This document shows positions 10,940 to 23,439 of a DNA stretch of 64,000 bases, piece by piece. The stretch is from Thermomonas sp. (lineage in GTDB: Bacteria > Pseudomonadota > Gammaproteobacteria > Xanthomonadales > Xanthomonadaceae). Each line of letters opens with the position of its first letter. Positions within the stretch are counted from its first letter, which is position 1. Where the stretch lies: NCBI GenBank assembly GCA_047602125.1, contig JASGIB010000001.1:911284-975283 (forward strand), written 5' to 3'. The notes beneath the pieces were generated by a model. It had not been told where the DNA came from, searched no databases, and worked only from the letters and a program-made list of their open reading frames with translations. The translations under genes were made by a program, and so were the position numbers.

Positions 10940-11545
10940 TTGTACGCGGTTGGCCTGACCGGCGGCGTCGCTTCGGGAAAAAGCGAAATATCGCGGCGCT
11001 TCGAGGCGCTCGGCATCGTCGTTGCCGACGCCGACGTCGCCGCGCGCGAGGCGCTTGCGCCGGGCAGCGAAGGCCTTGCAGAAGCCGTTTCGGCATTCGG
11101 CACAGACATCCTCGCCGCCGACGGCAGCCTCGACCGCGCGGCGATGCGCCGTCGCGTGTTCGCCGACTCCGACGTGCGCCGCCGGCTCGAAGCCATCGTG
11201 CACCCGCGCGTGCGCGCCATGCTCGAAGCGCAATGCCGCGCGGCGGATTCGCCCTACGCCATCGCCGCGATCCCGCTGCTGGCGGAAGGCGGCGGGCGCG
11301 GCGCGTATCCGTGGCTGTCGCGGATCCTCGTCGTCGACGTTCCCGAAGCGGTCCAGCTCGAACGCCTGCAACGCCGCGACGGCATCGACGCAAGACTCGC
11401 CGATGGCATGCTCGCGGCACAGGCGAGCCGGCGCGACCGGCTGGCCATCGCCGACGACATCGTCGCCAACGACGGCCCGCTGGACGCACTCGCCGCGCAG
11501 GTCGCGGCGCTGGACCGGCGTTACCGGGCGCTCGCCGCCGGCTGA
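10940..11545 (+). CDS. coaE: Dephospho-CoA kinase
   Basis: VGLTGGVASGKS P-loop, LEAIVHPRV; canonical position after pilD; TTG start. Confidence 0.96.
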   Translation: MYAVGLTGGVASGKSEISRRFEALGIVVADADVAAREALAPGSEGLAEAVSAFGTDILAADGSLDRAAMRRRVFADSDVRRRLEAIVHPRVRAMLEAQCRAADSPYAIAAIPLLAEGGGRGAYPWLSRILVVDVPEAVQLERLQRRDGIDARLADGMLAAQASRRDRLAIADDIVANDGPLDALAAQVAALDRRYRALAAG

Positions 11546-14028
11546 TCCTTCGCCGGCGCGTTCTTCACGTAGGTGTCGAACCAGTCGAGCATGTCGTGCA
11601 CGACCTGCTCGTTGGATTCGAGCGCGGTGTACCAATGCGGTTCATGCGGGAGCATGACCAGCTTGGTCGTCCCGCCGTTGCCGCGGATCGCCTGGAACAG
11701 CTTGCGCGACTGGATCGGTTCGGTGCCCGGGTTGGCGTCGTCGGCGCCGTGCACAAGCAGCAGCGGCAGCTTGATCTTGTCGGCGTAGAAGAACGGCGAA
11801 GCCTTGATGTAGACGTCGCGCGCCTCCCACACCGAACGGCGTTCGCTCTGGAACCCGAATGGCGTCAACGTCTTGTTGTAGGAACCGCTGGTCGCCACGC
11901 CGGCCTTGAACAGGTCGGTGTGCGCGATCAGGTTGGCGGTCATCAGCGCCCCGTGGCTGTGCCCGGTGACGCCGATGCGGTCGCGGTCCACCACGCCCAT
12001 GTCCACGGCCTTGTCGACCGCCGCCTTGGCATCGGCCTCGAGTTGTTCGAGGTAGGTGTCGTACGCGGTCTTGGGATCGCCGACGATGGGGAAGCTGGCG
12101 TCGTCGATGATCGCGTAGCCGGCGAGCAGCAGCAGGCGGTAGTACGGCAGGCTGGTGAAGGTCTGCTGCGAACCCGAGACCTGCCCGGCCTGTTCGCTGT
12201 TGGCGTAATCCAGGGGATAGGCGTAGAGGATCGCGGGCAGGCGCGTGCCAGCCTTGTAGCCGGGCGGCGTGTACAGGGTGAACGACAGGTCGACGCCGTC
12301 GGCACGCTTGTAGCCCACCAGTTGCTTCTTGATCTGGCGCACTTCCGGGGTCGGATCCGGCACGCGGGTGAACTGGGTACCGTCGGATGCGAACCGTGCC
12401 TCGCCCTGTGCCGCATCCGCCTTCGCCGCGCCGAGCGTGCGCAGGAACGCATTCGGCGGATCCATCACCGACTGGTGCCAGGTCACGTACCGGGTCGGCG
12501 CGCCTGTGCCCACGTCGCCGGCGAAATCGAGGAACTGGTCGTATTCGTCCGCGCCGCTGCGGAACAGGCGCTCGCTCTCCAGCGAGGCAAGGTCGAGGCG
12601 GTCGAGGAACGGGCGGTCACCCTGCGGCGAAGCGCCCTGCCCGCTCAGGAACACGTCGTTGCCGTCCATGCGCACGACATAGACTCCATTGGGTTGGGCT
12701 TCGAACACGAAGCTGCCCGGGTTCTTGTACAACTCGTCGCTGGACATGTCCCAGAGCACGCGCCCGGCGTCGCCGGGCTTGTCCACGTCGACGATGCGCG
12801 TGGTGATCCAGTGGCGGTTCTCGTCGTATTCGTAGAGGAAGGCCGTGTCCGCCTTCGGACTCCAGGCAAAGCCCGAGAAGCGCTGCTTCGTGCGCCCGAC
12901 TTCGGTCGGCTTGGCGGTGAACGGCGCCTTGAGCATCATCAGCTTGTCGCGCGCGGGCACCTCGACGTTCCAGTCGCCCTTGTCCAGCGCTTCGGACCAC
13001 ACCAGCGTGGCCGGCTCCGTGGCGCGCCAGTCGAAATTGAGCGGGCCTTCCGGCACGCCGGCCACCGGCACGCGGTCGGCCAGCGGCAGGCTGGCGATGG
13101 CCGTCGACGTTCCATTCGACACATCCAGCACCGCGACGTCGTGGGCGAAGCGCTGGTAGGTGACCGCGTGCGAGAACGGCGGCTTCAGCGCCTGCGTCAG
13201 CACATGCACGCCGTCGGGCGCGCCATTGACCTGGTAGTAGATCGCCGGCGCGCCGACGTTGCGCACGCTGCCACTGGCGGCATCGACCAGCGCCAACTGC
13301 GAGGCGCCGTACCAGGCGAAGCGTTTTTCGTCGAGCTCGCTGGCGAGCGTGTCGCGCGATTCGTACGTGCTGCTTTCGCCCTGCCCGCCCAGCGCCTGCT
13401 GGATGTCCGGGCCGATGCTGCCGGCGTCCTCGGCCGGCGGCGCGCCCTGTCCCTCCGGCACGCGCTTGACCAGCAGCGACTTGCTGCCGCCGAGCCACTG
13501 CACGGTGTAGCCGAAGATGGGGTTCAGGCGCAGGCCTTCGACCTTGCGCACCTTGCCGCTCGCGGCGTCGCCCAGCCACAACTCGACCGCAGTCGCGGTG
13601 ACGTTCTGGAACGCGAAGCGGTTGCCGTCCGGCGACCACAGCGCGCCGCCCGGACACGCGCCCGCGGGCAACACGACCTTGGTTTCCTTGCCGCCAACGA
13701 TGTCGACCAGGGTGAAATCGGCGACGCAGCTCGGGATGCCGTAACCGCCGGAAGTGTCGTGGCGGCTGCGGTTCTGCGGCTCGAGGCGCACGCCCGCGAG
13801 CTTGTAGTAGGTCCGCGCCACGCGTTCGATCGACGGATAGGTCTGTGCGGTCGTCAGCAGCAGGCGCCGCCCGGTGGGATCGACGTCCGGCGATGGCGGC
13901 GGCGGCGCCTTCAACACCTTCAGCAATTCCGGCGGTGGCACGTCGTAGCCGGCGAAGGCCGGCGCGACGAACAGGAGCGAAACAGCCGCGGCGGCGATCG
14001 CCTTGGTCCAGGAGTGCGGATGCGTCAT
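11521..14028 (-). CDS. Secreted S9 (prolyl oligopeptidase/acylaminoacyl peptidase) family peptidase
   Basis: Signal peptide ending A-F-A; GHSHG nucleophile elbow, HGADD and HEPH at the C-terminus. The stop overlaps the coaE 3' end by 25 bp. Confidence 0.9.
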   Translation of the reverse strand: MTHPHSWTKAIAAAAVSLLFVAPAFAGYDVPPPELLKVLKAPPPPSPDVDPTGRRLLLTTAQTYPSIERVARTYYKLAGVRLEPQNRSRHDTSGGYGIPSCVADFTLVDIVGGKETKVVLPAGACPGGALWSPDGNRFAFQNVTATAVELWLGDAASGKVRKVEGLRLNPIFGYTVQWLGGSKSLLVKRVPEGQGAPPAEDAGSIGPDIQQALGGQGESSTYESRDTLASELDEKRFAWYGASQLALVDAASGSVRNVGAPAIYYQVNGAPDGVHVLTQALKPPFSHAVTYQRFAHDVAVLDVSNGTSTAIASLPLADRVPVAGVPEGPLNFDWRATEPATLVWSEALDKGDWNVEVPARDKLMMLKAPFTAKPTEVGRTKQRFSGFAWSPKADTAFLYEYDENRHWITTRIVDVDKPGDAGRVLWDMSSDELYKNPGSFVFEAQPNGVYVVRMDGNDVFLSGQGASPQGDRPFLDRLDLASLESERLFRSGADEYDQFLDFAGDVGTGAPTRYVTWHQSVMDPPNAFLRTLGAAKADAAQGEARFASDGTQFTRVPDPTPEVRQIKKQLVGYKRADGVDLSFTLYTPPGYKAGTRLPAILYAYPLDYANSEQAGQVSGSQQTFTSLPYYRLLLLAGYAIIDDASFPIVGDPKTAYDTYLEQLEADAKAAVDKAVDMGVVDRDRIGVTGHSHGALMTANLIAHTDLFKAGVATSGSYNKTLTPFGFQSERRSVWEARDVYIKASPFFYADKIKLPLLLVHGADDANPGTEPIQSRKLFQAIRGNGGTTKLVMLPHEPHWYTALESNEQVVHDMLDWFDTYVKNAPAKDQPAASAR

Positions 14029-14149
14029 GGTCGATCCCCGATGGAAGCGCAGTTCCACCGGAATTTACCCAAGCGCGGAACCGCCAGCCCCGGCCATTGG
14101 TCAGGGTGCATGTCCGTGGAACGAGCGACCGGGCGCGATTCCGCCGCGC

Positions 14150-15094
14150 CTACGGCGACGATGCCCACAGGCCGCGGATCGCGGCGATGCCCTGCGCCCC
14201 GTGCGCGCGCGCGAGCGCGAGGTCGGCGCGGTCGAGCCCGCCGATGGCGTAGATCGGCAGGTCGCTGCCTTCGCGCAGCGCGGCGAATCCGTCCCAGCCG
14301 ATCCCGGCGATCCCGGGATGGCTTGGCGTCGGCTTCACCGCGCCGAGCACGACGAAATCGCAGCCCAGCGCCTTCGCCCGCTGCAGGTCGCCGGCATCGT
14401 GGCAGGAAGCGCCGAACGGTTTTCCGGCAACGCGCGATTCCGGTTCGAACGCGGGCAACTGGTGCGCGCGCAGATGCAGGCCGAGGCCATGTTCGCGTGC
14501 GAGGCCGGCATCGCCGTTAAGCAACGCTTCCACGCCGGATTCGCGGCAGAGCGCCGCCGCGTTCGCGACCAGCGACCGCCAGCGCGCGGCATCGAGCCCC
14601 GCCGCGCGCAATTGCACGAGGCGCACGCCGGCTTCGATCGATTTCCGCAATCCCGCCAACCACGCTGCATCGTCGTCGCCGGGCATGGGCGTGACGAGAT
14701 AGCAATCCGGCTGCAGCAACGCGGCGACCACGGGCCGATCCGCCGGCGGCATCGGGTAGTCGATCAATTTTTGCGGCGGCACCCAGGCCAGCGCCTGGCC
14801 GTCGAGCCCGCGCGGCGTGCCCGCCCACGATGCGATTTCGCGCACGTCCAGGCGCAGGCGCTTGTGCGGATAGCGCTGCGGCACGTCGATGACCGCCGCG
14901 CCGATGACCGCCCCGATGCCGAGTTCTTCGCGCAGTTCGCGCGCGAGCGCGGCTTCGGGCGTTTCGCCCGGCTCGACCTTGCCGCCGGGGAATTCCCACA
15001 GCCCGGACAGATCGCGTCCCTCGGTGCGCCGCGCCAGCAGCACGCGTCCGCGCGCATCGCGGATGACGCCGGCGACGACGTGGATCTGTTTCAT
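14150..15094 (-). CDS. Nudix hydrolase (MutT-like) fused to a thiamine-phosphate synthase/TenI-like domain
   Basis: Nudix box WEFPGGKVEPGETPEAALARELREELG; C-terminal GASCH, PTPSHPG, PIYAIGG, GIAAIRG. Confidence 0.92.
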   Translation of the reverse strand: MKQIHVVAGVIRDARGRVLLARRTEGRDLSGLWEFPGGKVEPGETPEAALARELREELGIGAVIGAAVIDVPQRYPHKRLRLDVREIASWAGTPRGLDGQALAWVPPQKLIDYPMPPADRPVVAALLQPDCYLVTPMPGDDDAAWLAGLRKSIEAGVRLVQLRAAGLDAARWRSLVANAAALCRESGVEALLNGDAGLAREHGLGLHLRAHQLPAFEPESRVAGKPFGASCHDAGDLQRAKALGCDFVVLGAVKPTPSHPGIAGIGWDGFAALREGSDLPIYAIGGLDRADLALARAHGAQGIAAIRGLWASSP

Positions 15095-15105
15095 CGATGC
15101 GCGGC

Positions 15106-15245
15106 GCCTGATCGATTCCAAACCGTCGCGAGCGAAGGCAGTTCGGCCGCGGCCGGAGCGCAGCAACCGCAGTTGACGTGAGGGTCAATGAGGATTGCGA
15201 GCACCGTACGCGGCCGGAATGCCGAGCGCAGCAGGTTTGGGACGA

Positions 15246-15251
<6 letters not shown>
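15106..15251. repeat. About 145-bp element with imperfect 18-19 bp terminal inverted repeats and an internal hairpin (MITE/REP-like)
   Basis: 15106-15124 gcctgatcgattccaaacc versus 15234-15251 (revcomp gcctgatcgtcccaaacc); internal hairpin ttgac-gtgagg-gtcaa 15173-15188; direct repeat gagcgcagca at 15156 and 15224. Confidence 0.55.
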
Positions 15252-17978
<2,727 letters not shown>

Positions 17979-18119
17979 GGGGAAACCGGTTCCGGGAAGG
18001 GCCGCGGCGGCGGCGGTGCGGGCGGGGCCCGAGACGACGACAGGGCGCATGGGCGCCCTGTCGGTTGGCGGTGCGGATTGTAACGTGGGGGCGCCGGAGC
18101 GCCTACAAAAGCCCCGGGA

Positions 18120-19040
18120 TCAGCCGCGGCTGCGGCTTTCGCCGAGGGCGAGGAACGGGGCCGGGTTCACCACGTGGCCGTTGTCCCACACCTCCAGGTG
18201 CACGTGCGCGCCGGTGGAACGACCGGTCGAGCCGGCCTTGGCGATCACGCCGCCGGCATGCACCAGGTCGCCGACCCGGACCAGCAGCCGCGAGTTGTGC
18301 GCGTAGCGGGTGACGTAGCCGTTGCCGTGGTCGATCTCGACCACGTTGCCGTAGCCCGAACGCACGCCGGCGAAGCTGACCACGCCGTCGGCCACCGCCA
18401 GCACCGGATCGCCGGTATTGGCCTTGAAATCGATGCCCTTGTGGAATTCGCCGCCGCCGCCCATGGGATCGGCGCGGCCGCCGAAGCCGGAGGTGATGTA
18501 GCTGTTCGCGACCGGCATGCCCGAAGGCACCGCGTCCTGTTCGAGCTTGTGGCTGAACAGCAGCGATTCCAGCACCGAGAGCTGGTCGCCGGACTGCTTG
18601 AATTGCGCGGCCAGGGTGGCGATGCCGCGGTCGAGTTCGCCCGCGCCGATGTCGTGCACCGGGCCGACGCCGCCGACCGGAACCGGCTTGTCGAAATCGA
18701 ATTCGCCATCGCCGAGCTGGCCCGCGCGGGTCAGGCGGTCGCCGAGCGCATTCAGGCGGTTGGCTTCGGCCTGCAGTTCGCCCAGGCGCGCGGCCATGGC
18801 GTTCAGCTCGCGCTGCATCGACGCCGATTGCGCCTTCTGCGCGGCCAGCTGCGATTCCAGTGACGCCTGGTGCAACGAACCGGCGGCGACGCTGAGGCCG
18901 AGGCCAAGCGCCAGCCCGGCACCGACCAGCGCCAGGCGCGCGGCGAACGGGCGACGCACCGCGAGCGCGCCGGCATCGGCGGCGAGGCGTGCGAAGCGCT
19001 GGCGCTGCGAGGTGAGAATGCGGTGGAAAGCGTCCATCAT
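18120..19040 (-). CDS. M23 family metallopeptidase with N-terminal TM helix and coiled coil
   Basis: FHKGIDF (HxxxD) and STGAHVHLEV (HxH) zinc motifs; usual position upstream of secA. Confidence 0.92.
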   Translation of the reverse strand: MMDAFHRILTSQRQRFARLAADAGALAVRRPFAARLALVGAGLALGLGLSVAAGSLHQASLESQLAAQKAQSASMQRELNAMAARLGELQAEANRLNALGDRLTRAGQLGDGEFDFDKPVPVGGVGPVHDIGAGELDRGIATLAAQFKQSGDQLSVLESLLFSHKLEQDAVPSGMPVANSYITSGFGGRADPMGGGGEFHKGIDFKANTGDPVLAVADGVVSFAGVRSGYGNVVEIDHGNGYVTRYAHNSRLLVRVGDLVHAGGVIAKAGSTGRSTGAHVHLEVWDNGHVVNPAPFLALGESRSRG

Positions 19041-19046
19041 GGTTCC

Positions 19047-19490
19047 ATGTCGAAATCGGCAACCCGCAACCCGCGTGCCTCGTCCCCCGTCGCGGCGCTG
19101 GACGCGCTGCTCGAAGGCCCCGGCGGCGATCCGATCCGTCGCGCGCTCTGGCTCGACGCATTGGACCGGCAGTTGCGTCCCCACCTGCCGCTGGCACTGG
19201 CCGCGCACGCGCGGCTGGGAAACGTGCACGACGGCAGGCTCGTCTATCTCGTCGATGCCCCGGCCTGGCACGCGCGCTTGCGCCTGGCCGGACCGGGATT
19301 GCTCGACGCCGCCCGTTCCATCGGGCTAGAGGTCTCCTCGCTCGTCGTGAAGACGAGCCACGCCGCCCTGGCCGCGCCATCCGCGCCGCCACATCGCCGG
19401 GAACCGGATTCCGTTGCCGCGCGCAAGGCTGCCGCGGCGCTCGACCTGTGCAAGGCCGACCGTTCCGGTCCTTCGAGGAAACCTTCCTGA
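19047..19490 (+). CDS. DUF721 / DciA-like helicase-loader protein
   Basis: 'LDALDRQLRPHLP..LAAHARLGNVHDGRLVYLVDAPAWHARLRL' matches the DUF721 pattern; antisense position between lpxC and M23-secA as known in Pseudomonas. Confidence 0.8.
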   Translation: MSKSATRNPRASSPVAALDALLEGPGGDPIRRALWLDALDRQLRPHLPLALAAHARLGNVHDGRLVYLVDAPAWHARLRLAGPGLLDAARSIGLEVSSLVVKTSHAALAAPSAPPHRREPDSVAARKAAAALDLCKADRSGPSRKPS

Positions 19491-19629
19491 CCCACCGGCG
19501 GACCGGAGGGGACGCGGCATGCTACCGGCCACCCCCTCACGGCGCGTTAACAGAAAGCTAGGCTTTCGCTAACCGAAAGTTAAATTTCTGTAAAATTCGG
19601 GAAAGGTTCACATTCCCGGGGAAGACGCC

Positions 19630-20550
19630 TCAGGACTGCGGCACCGGGGACATCGGCGGCATGTAGGCGACGGGCACCGTCGCGCCCTCGGGATAAGTCG
19701 CTTCTTCCCAGCTTTCCCGTTCCTCGAGCAGCGCACGCACGAGCTTGTTGTTGAGCGCGTGCCCGGACTTGAAGGCGACGTAGGCGCCGACGATCGGATG
19801 GCCGGCAAGGTACAGGTCGCCGACCGCGTCGAGGATCTTGTGGCGCACGAACTCGTCGGCGTAGCGCAGGCCGTCCTCGTTCAGTACCCGGTATTCGTCG
19901 AGGACGATCGCGTTGTCCATCGAACCGCCGAGGCCCAGGTTGCGTTCGCGCATGAACTCGAGGTCGCGCATGAAGCCGAAGGTGCGCGCGCGGCTGACTT
20001 CCTTGACGTAGGTCGTGGTCGAGAAATCCACCACCGCGCGCGAAGCCGAGGCCGGGATCGCCGGATGGTCGAACTGCACGGTGAAATCGAGCTTGAAGCC
20101 GTCGTAGGGTTCGAAGCGCGCGATCTTGTCGCCATCGCGCACTTCCACCGGATGCTTGATGCGGATGAAGCGCTTGGGCGCGTCCTGCTCGACGATGCCC
20201 GCCGATTGCAGCAGGAACACGAACGGCCCGGAGGAGCCATCCATGATCGGCACCTCCGGCGCGGACAATTCGATGCTGGCGTTGTCGATGCCCAGGCCAG
20301 CGAGCGCCGACAGGAGGTGTTCGACCGTCATCACCGATCCGTTCGCGCGCGACAGGCCGGTGCAGAGCATGGTTTCGGTCACGAGGTCCGCGCGCGCCGG
20401 GATTTCGACTTCCGGATCGAGGTCGGTGCGGCGGAACACGATGCCGTGGTCGACCGGCGCCGGGCGCATGGTCATGTACACCTTTTCCCCGCTGTGCAAT
20501 CCCACGCCGGTGGCGCGGATCACGTTGCGGAGGGTGCGCTGCAGCGGCAT
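19630..20550 (-). CDS. lpxC: UDP-3-O-acyl-N-acetylglucosamine deacetylase
   Basis: QRTL...[26 protein letters not shown]. Confidence 0.99.
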   Translation of the reverse strand: MPLQRTLRNVIRATGVGLHSGEKVYMTMRPAPVDHGIVFRRTDLDPEVEIPARADLVTETMLCTGLSRANGSVMTVEHLLSALAGLGIDNASIELSAPEVPIMDGSSGPFVFLLQSAGIVEQDAPKRFIRIKHPVEVRDGDKIARFEPYDGFKLDFTVQFDHPAIPASASRAVVDFSTTTYVKEVSRARTFGFMRDLEFMRERNLGLGGSMDNAIVLDEYRVLNEDGLRYADEFVRHKILDAVGDLYLAGHPIVGAYVAFKSGHALNNKLVRALLEERESWEEATYPEGATVPVAYMPPMSPVPQS

Positions 20551-20657
20551 TCGGCGGGTCCGTCGGGGGCCGTGCACTGCGCGCACGGCGGGAAACGCGG
20601 GGAGGTTAGCACGCAGGTCGATGAACCAGAACGCACTGGCGCGGGAGGCGTTGACCG

Positions 20658-20686
20658 GAGAAACGGCCTGCCGAAGCCGGCAGGCC
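20658..20686 (-). terminator. Probable rho-independent terminator downstream of ftsZ
   Basis: 9-bp stem GGCCTGCCG/CGGCAGGCC (20665-20686) followed on the minus strand by GTTTCTC. Confidence 0.55.
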
Positions 20687-20775
20687 CTGGAAGCCCGCCG
20701 GGCTGGCGACCCGGCGGGAAGGACATGGCATTCGACCCATTCCCCTTCGCAACGCGAAGGGTGATGGGGACATCG

Positions 20776-22020
20776 TCAATCGGCCTGGCGGCGCAGGAAA
20801 GCAGGAATGTCGAGGTAGTTGCCTTCGCCGCCGAAATCGGCAGCCGCGGGCGCCGGTGCCGATTCCCCGCCGCGTCCCCGCAGGTTGGCGGCGATGCCGG
20901 CGTTCGGGCGGAACGGATCGGCGACCTCGTCGATCATCATGCCGGTGGTGCCGTCGCGCTTGCCCTGGGTGTTCACCAGTTGCACCTGCGGGCGGCGCTG
21001 CTGCTCGCGACCATGGTTGTAGCCGAAGTCGTCGCGCGGCAACGGCTGGCGCGCGACCGCGCGGTTCAACCCGGTCGCGACCACGGTCACCTTCACCTCG
21101 TCCTGCATGTCCGGATCGAGCACGGTACCGATGACGACGGTCGCGTCCTCGGAAGCGAAGTTCTCGATGGTACGGCCGACTTCGTCGAACTCGGCCATGG
21201 TGAAGTCCGGGCCGGCGGTGATGTTGACCAGGATGCCGTTCGCACCCGACAGGTTGACGTCGTCGAGCAGCGGATTCTGGATCGCGCTTTCGGCCGCGGC
21301 CTGCGCGCGGTCGTCGCCGCGGGCGGTGCCGGTGCCCATCATCGCCAGGCCCATCTCGGCCATGACCGTGCGCACGTCGGCGAAGTCGACGTTGATCAGG
21401 CCCGGGCGCACGATCAGGTCGGCGATGCCCTGCACCGCGCCCTGCAGCACGTCGTTGGCGGCGCGGAACGCCTGGATCATGGTCGCGTTGCGGCCGAGCA
21501 CGGTGATCAGCTTCTCGTTCGGGATCGTGATCAGCGAATCGCAATGCTGGCTCAGTTCCTCGATGCCCTTCAGCGCCACCTGCATGCGGCGGCGACCTTC
21601 GAACGGGAACGGCTTGGTCACGACCGCGACGGTGAGGATGCCCATTTCCTTGGCGAGCTGCGCCACGACCGGCGCCGCGCCGGTGCCGGTGCCGCCGCCC
21701 ATGCCGGCGGTGATGAACACCATGTCCGCGCCCTGCAGCGCATCCATGATGCGTTCGCGGTCTTCCAGCGCGGCCTGGCGGCCGACTTCCGGATTCGCGC
21801 CCGCACCCAGGCCTTTCGTCACGTTGCTGCCGAGCTGCAGCTGCAGCTTCGCACCGCAGTTCTTGATCGCCTGCGCGTCGGTGTTCGCGGTGATGAATTC
21901 CACGCCGTCCACGCTGCTGTTGACCATGTGCGCGACCGCGTTGCCGCCGCCGCCGCCCACGCCGACCACCTTGATGACCGCGTTCGGGGCCATCTTTTCA
22001 ACCAGTTCGAAATGCGCCAT
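20776..22020 (-). CDS. ftsZ: Cell division protein FtsZ
   Basis: GGGTGTG tubulin motif, INVDFADV, C-terminal [13 protein letters not shown]. Confidence 0.99.
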   Translation of the reverse strand: MAHFELVEKMAPNAVIKVVGVGGGGGNAVAHMVNSSVDGVEFITANTDAQAIKNCGAKLQLQLGSNVTKGLGAGANPEVGRQAALEDRERIMDALQGADMVFITAGMGGGTGTGAAPVVAQLAKEMGILTVAVVTKPFPFEGRRRMQVALKGIEELSQHCDSLITIPNEKLITVLGRNATMIQAFRAANDVLQGAVQGIADLIVRPGLINVDFADVRTVMAEMGLAMMGTGTARGDDRAQAAAESAIQNPLLDDVNLSGANGILVNITAGPDFTMAEFDEVGRTIENFASEDATVVIGTVLDPDMQDEVKVTVVATGLNRAVARQPLPRDDFGYNHGREQQRRPQVQLVNTQGKRDGTTGMMIDEVADPFRPNAGIAANLRGRGGESAPAPAAADFGGEGNYLDIPAFLRRQAD

Positions 22021-22045
22021 GACCTTGTCCTCTCTTGTAAGTGCC

Positions 22046-22197
22046 GGGACTGGGGACTCGGGACTCTGGACTCGGGAACACACCCGAGAGCGAGACCGGC
22101 CTTCGTGCCGACGTTTCTAGTTGTGTGTCGCCGTAACGCCTGCCTACCGCCTACCGCCGTTCACTTCCATCTCCCGCTCTTGCGAGTCCCGAGTCCC
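22046..22197. repeat. Inverted heptamer tandem arrays in the ftsA-ftsZ spacer
   Basis: gggactg-gggactc-gggactc-tggactc-ggga at 22046-22077; the reverse-complement unit gagtccc x2 at 22184-22197; gcctacc x2 at 22142-22155. Confidence 0.8.
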
Positions 22198-22203
22198 GTA
22201 TTT

Positions 22204-23439
22204 CTAGAATTCGCCGCGGTACCAGTCCTTCAACTTGTTGAAGAGGCTGCCGGCGCGCCCGGTCGGGATCACCGGCCGGCGCGGATGCTCGATCTGGCTG
22301 CCCATCAGCAACAGGCCCACGCCGGTGGCGTGCACCGGGTTGTTGACCACCTCGCCGAGGCCGGTGACGTGCTGCGGAACGCCGACGCGCACCGGCATCT
22401 GCAGCATTTCCTCGGCGAGCTCGACCACGCCTTCCATCTTCGAAGCGCCGCCGGTGAGCACCATGCCGGCGCGAACGAGTTCCTCGAAGCCGCTGCGGCG
22501 CAGTTCCGCCTGCACCATTTCGAAGATTTCCTCGTAGCGGCCCTGCACCGCCTGCGCCAGCGCATGCCGCGGCAGGCGGCGCGGCGGACGGTCGCCGACG
22601 CTCGGCACCTGGATCGATTCCTCCGCCGTCGCCATCTGCGCCAGCGCGCAGGCGTAGCGCACCTTGATTTGCTCGGCTTCCGGCGTCGGCGTGCGCAGCA
22701 TGTGCGCGATGTCGTTGGTGACGTGGTCGCCGGCGATCGGCAGCGACGCGGTGTGGCAGATCGCGCCCTGCACGAACACCGCGAGGTCGGTGGTGCCGGC
22801 GCCGATGTCGACCAGCACCACGCCGAGTTCGCGTTCGTCGCCGGTCAGCACCGCGGTCGCCGAGGCGAGCGGCGCGAGGATCAGGTCGTCGACCTGCAGC
22901 CCGCAGCGCTGCACGCACTTGCTGATGTTGGCCGCGGCCGACTGCGCGCACACGACGAGGTGCGCGTGCACTTCCAGGCGCACGCCGGTCATGCCGACCG
23001 GGTTGCGGATGCCTTCCTGCGAATCGTCGAGCACGTATTCGCGCGGGATCGCGTGCAGGATCTTCTGGTCGGCCGGGATCGCCACCGCCTTGGCCGCGTC
23101 CAGCACGCGGTCGAGGTCGGCCCACGTCACCTCGCCGTCGCGGATCGGGACGATGCCCGGCGAATTCTTGCACTGCACGTGGTTGCCGGAAATCGAGGCG
23201 TACACACTGCGGATCTCGCAGCCGGCCATCAGCTCGGCCTCCTCCACCGCGCGCTGGATCGACTGCACGGTCGATTCGATGTCCACCACCACGCCGCGCT
23301 TCAGGCCGCGCGATTCGTGGGTGCCGATGCCGATCACTTCGATCGGGTTGCCCGGCGCGTACTCGCCGACCAGCGCCACCACCTTGGAGGTGCCGATGTC
23401 GAGCCCGACGATGAGGGCCTTGTCGCCTTTGCGGTTCAT
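22204..23439 (-). CDS. ftsA: Cell division protein FtsA
   Basis: VGLDIGTSKV, VDIGAGTTD, VLTGGASKM. Confidence 0.99.
   Translation of the reverse strand: MNRKGDKALIVGLDIGTSKVVALVGEYAPGNPIEVIGIGTHESRGLKRGVVVDIESTVQSIQRAVEEAELMAGCEIRSVYASISGNHVQCKNSPGIVPIRDGEVTWADLDRVLDAAKAVAIPADQKILHAIPREYVLDDSQEGIRNPVGMTGVRLEVHAHLVVCAQSAAANISKCVQRCGLQVDDLILAPLASATAVLTGDERELGVVLVDIGAGTTDLAVFVQGAICHTASLPIAGDHVTNDIAHMLRTPTPEAEQIKVRYACALAQMATAEESIQVPSVGDRPPRRLPRHALAQAVQGRYEEIFEMVQAELRRSGFEELVRAGMVLTGGASKMEGVVELAEEMLQMPVRVGVPQHVTGLGEVVNNPVHATGVGLLLMGSQIEHPRRPVIPTGRAGSLFNKLKDWYRGEF

Noticed and set aside
11233-14520. Very long ORFs antisense or frame-shifted to real genes (e.g. 11233-14520, 15195-18083, 19759-23511, 53222-56404, 6987-9176)
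   Set aside because: Shadow ORFs caused by high-GC codon bias; they mirror recognisable genes on the opposite strand and have no motifs of their own.
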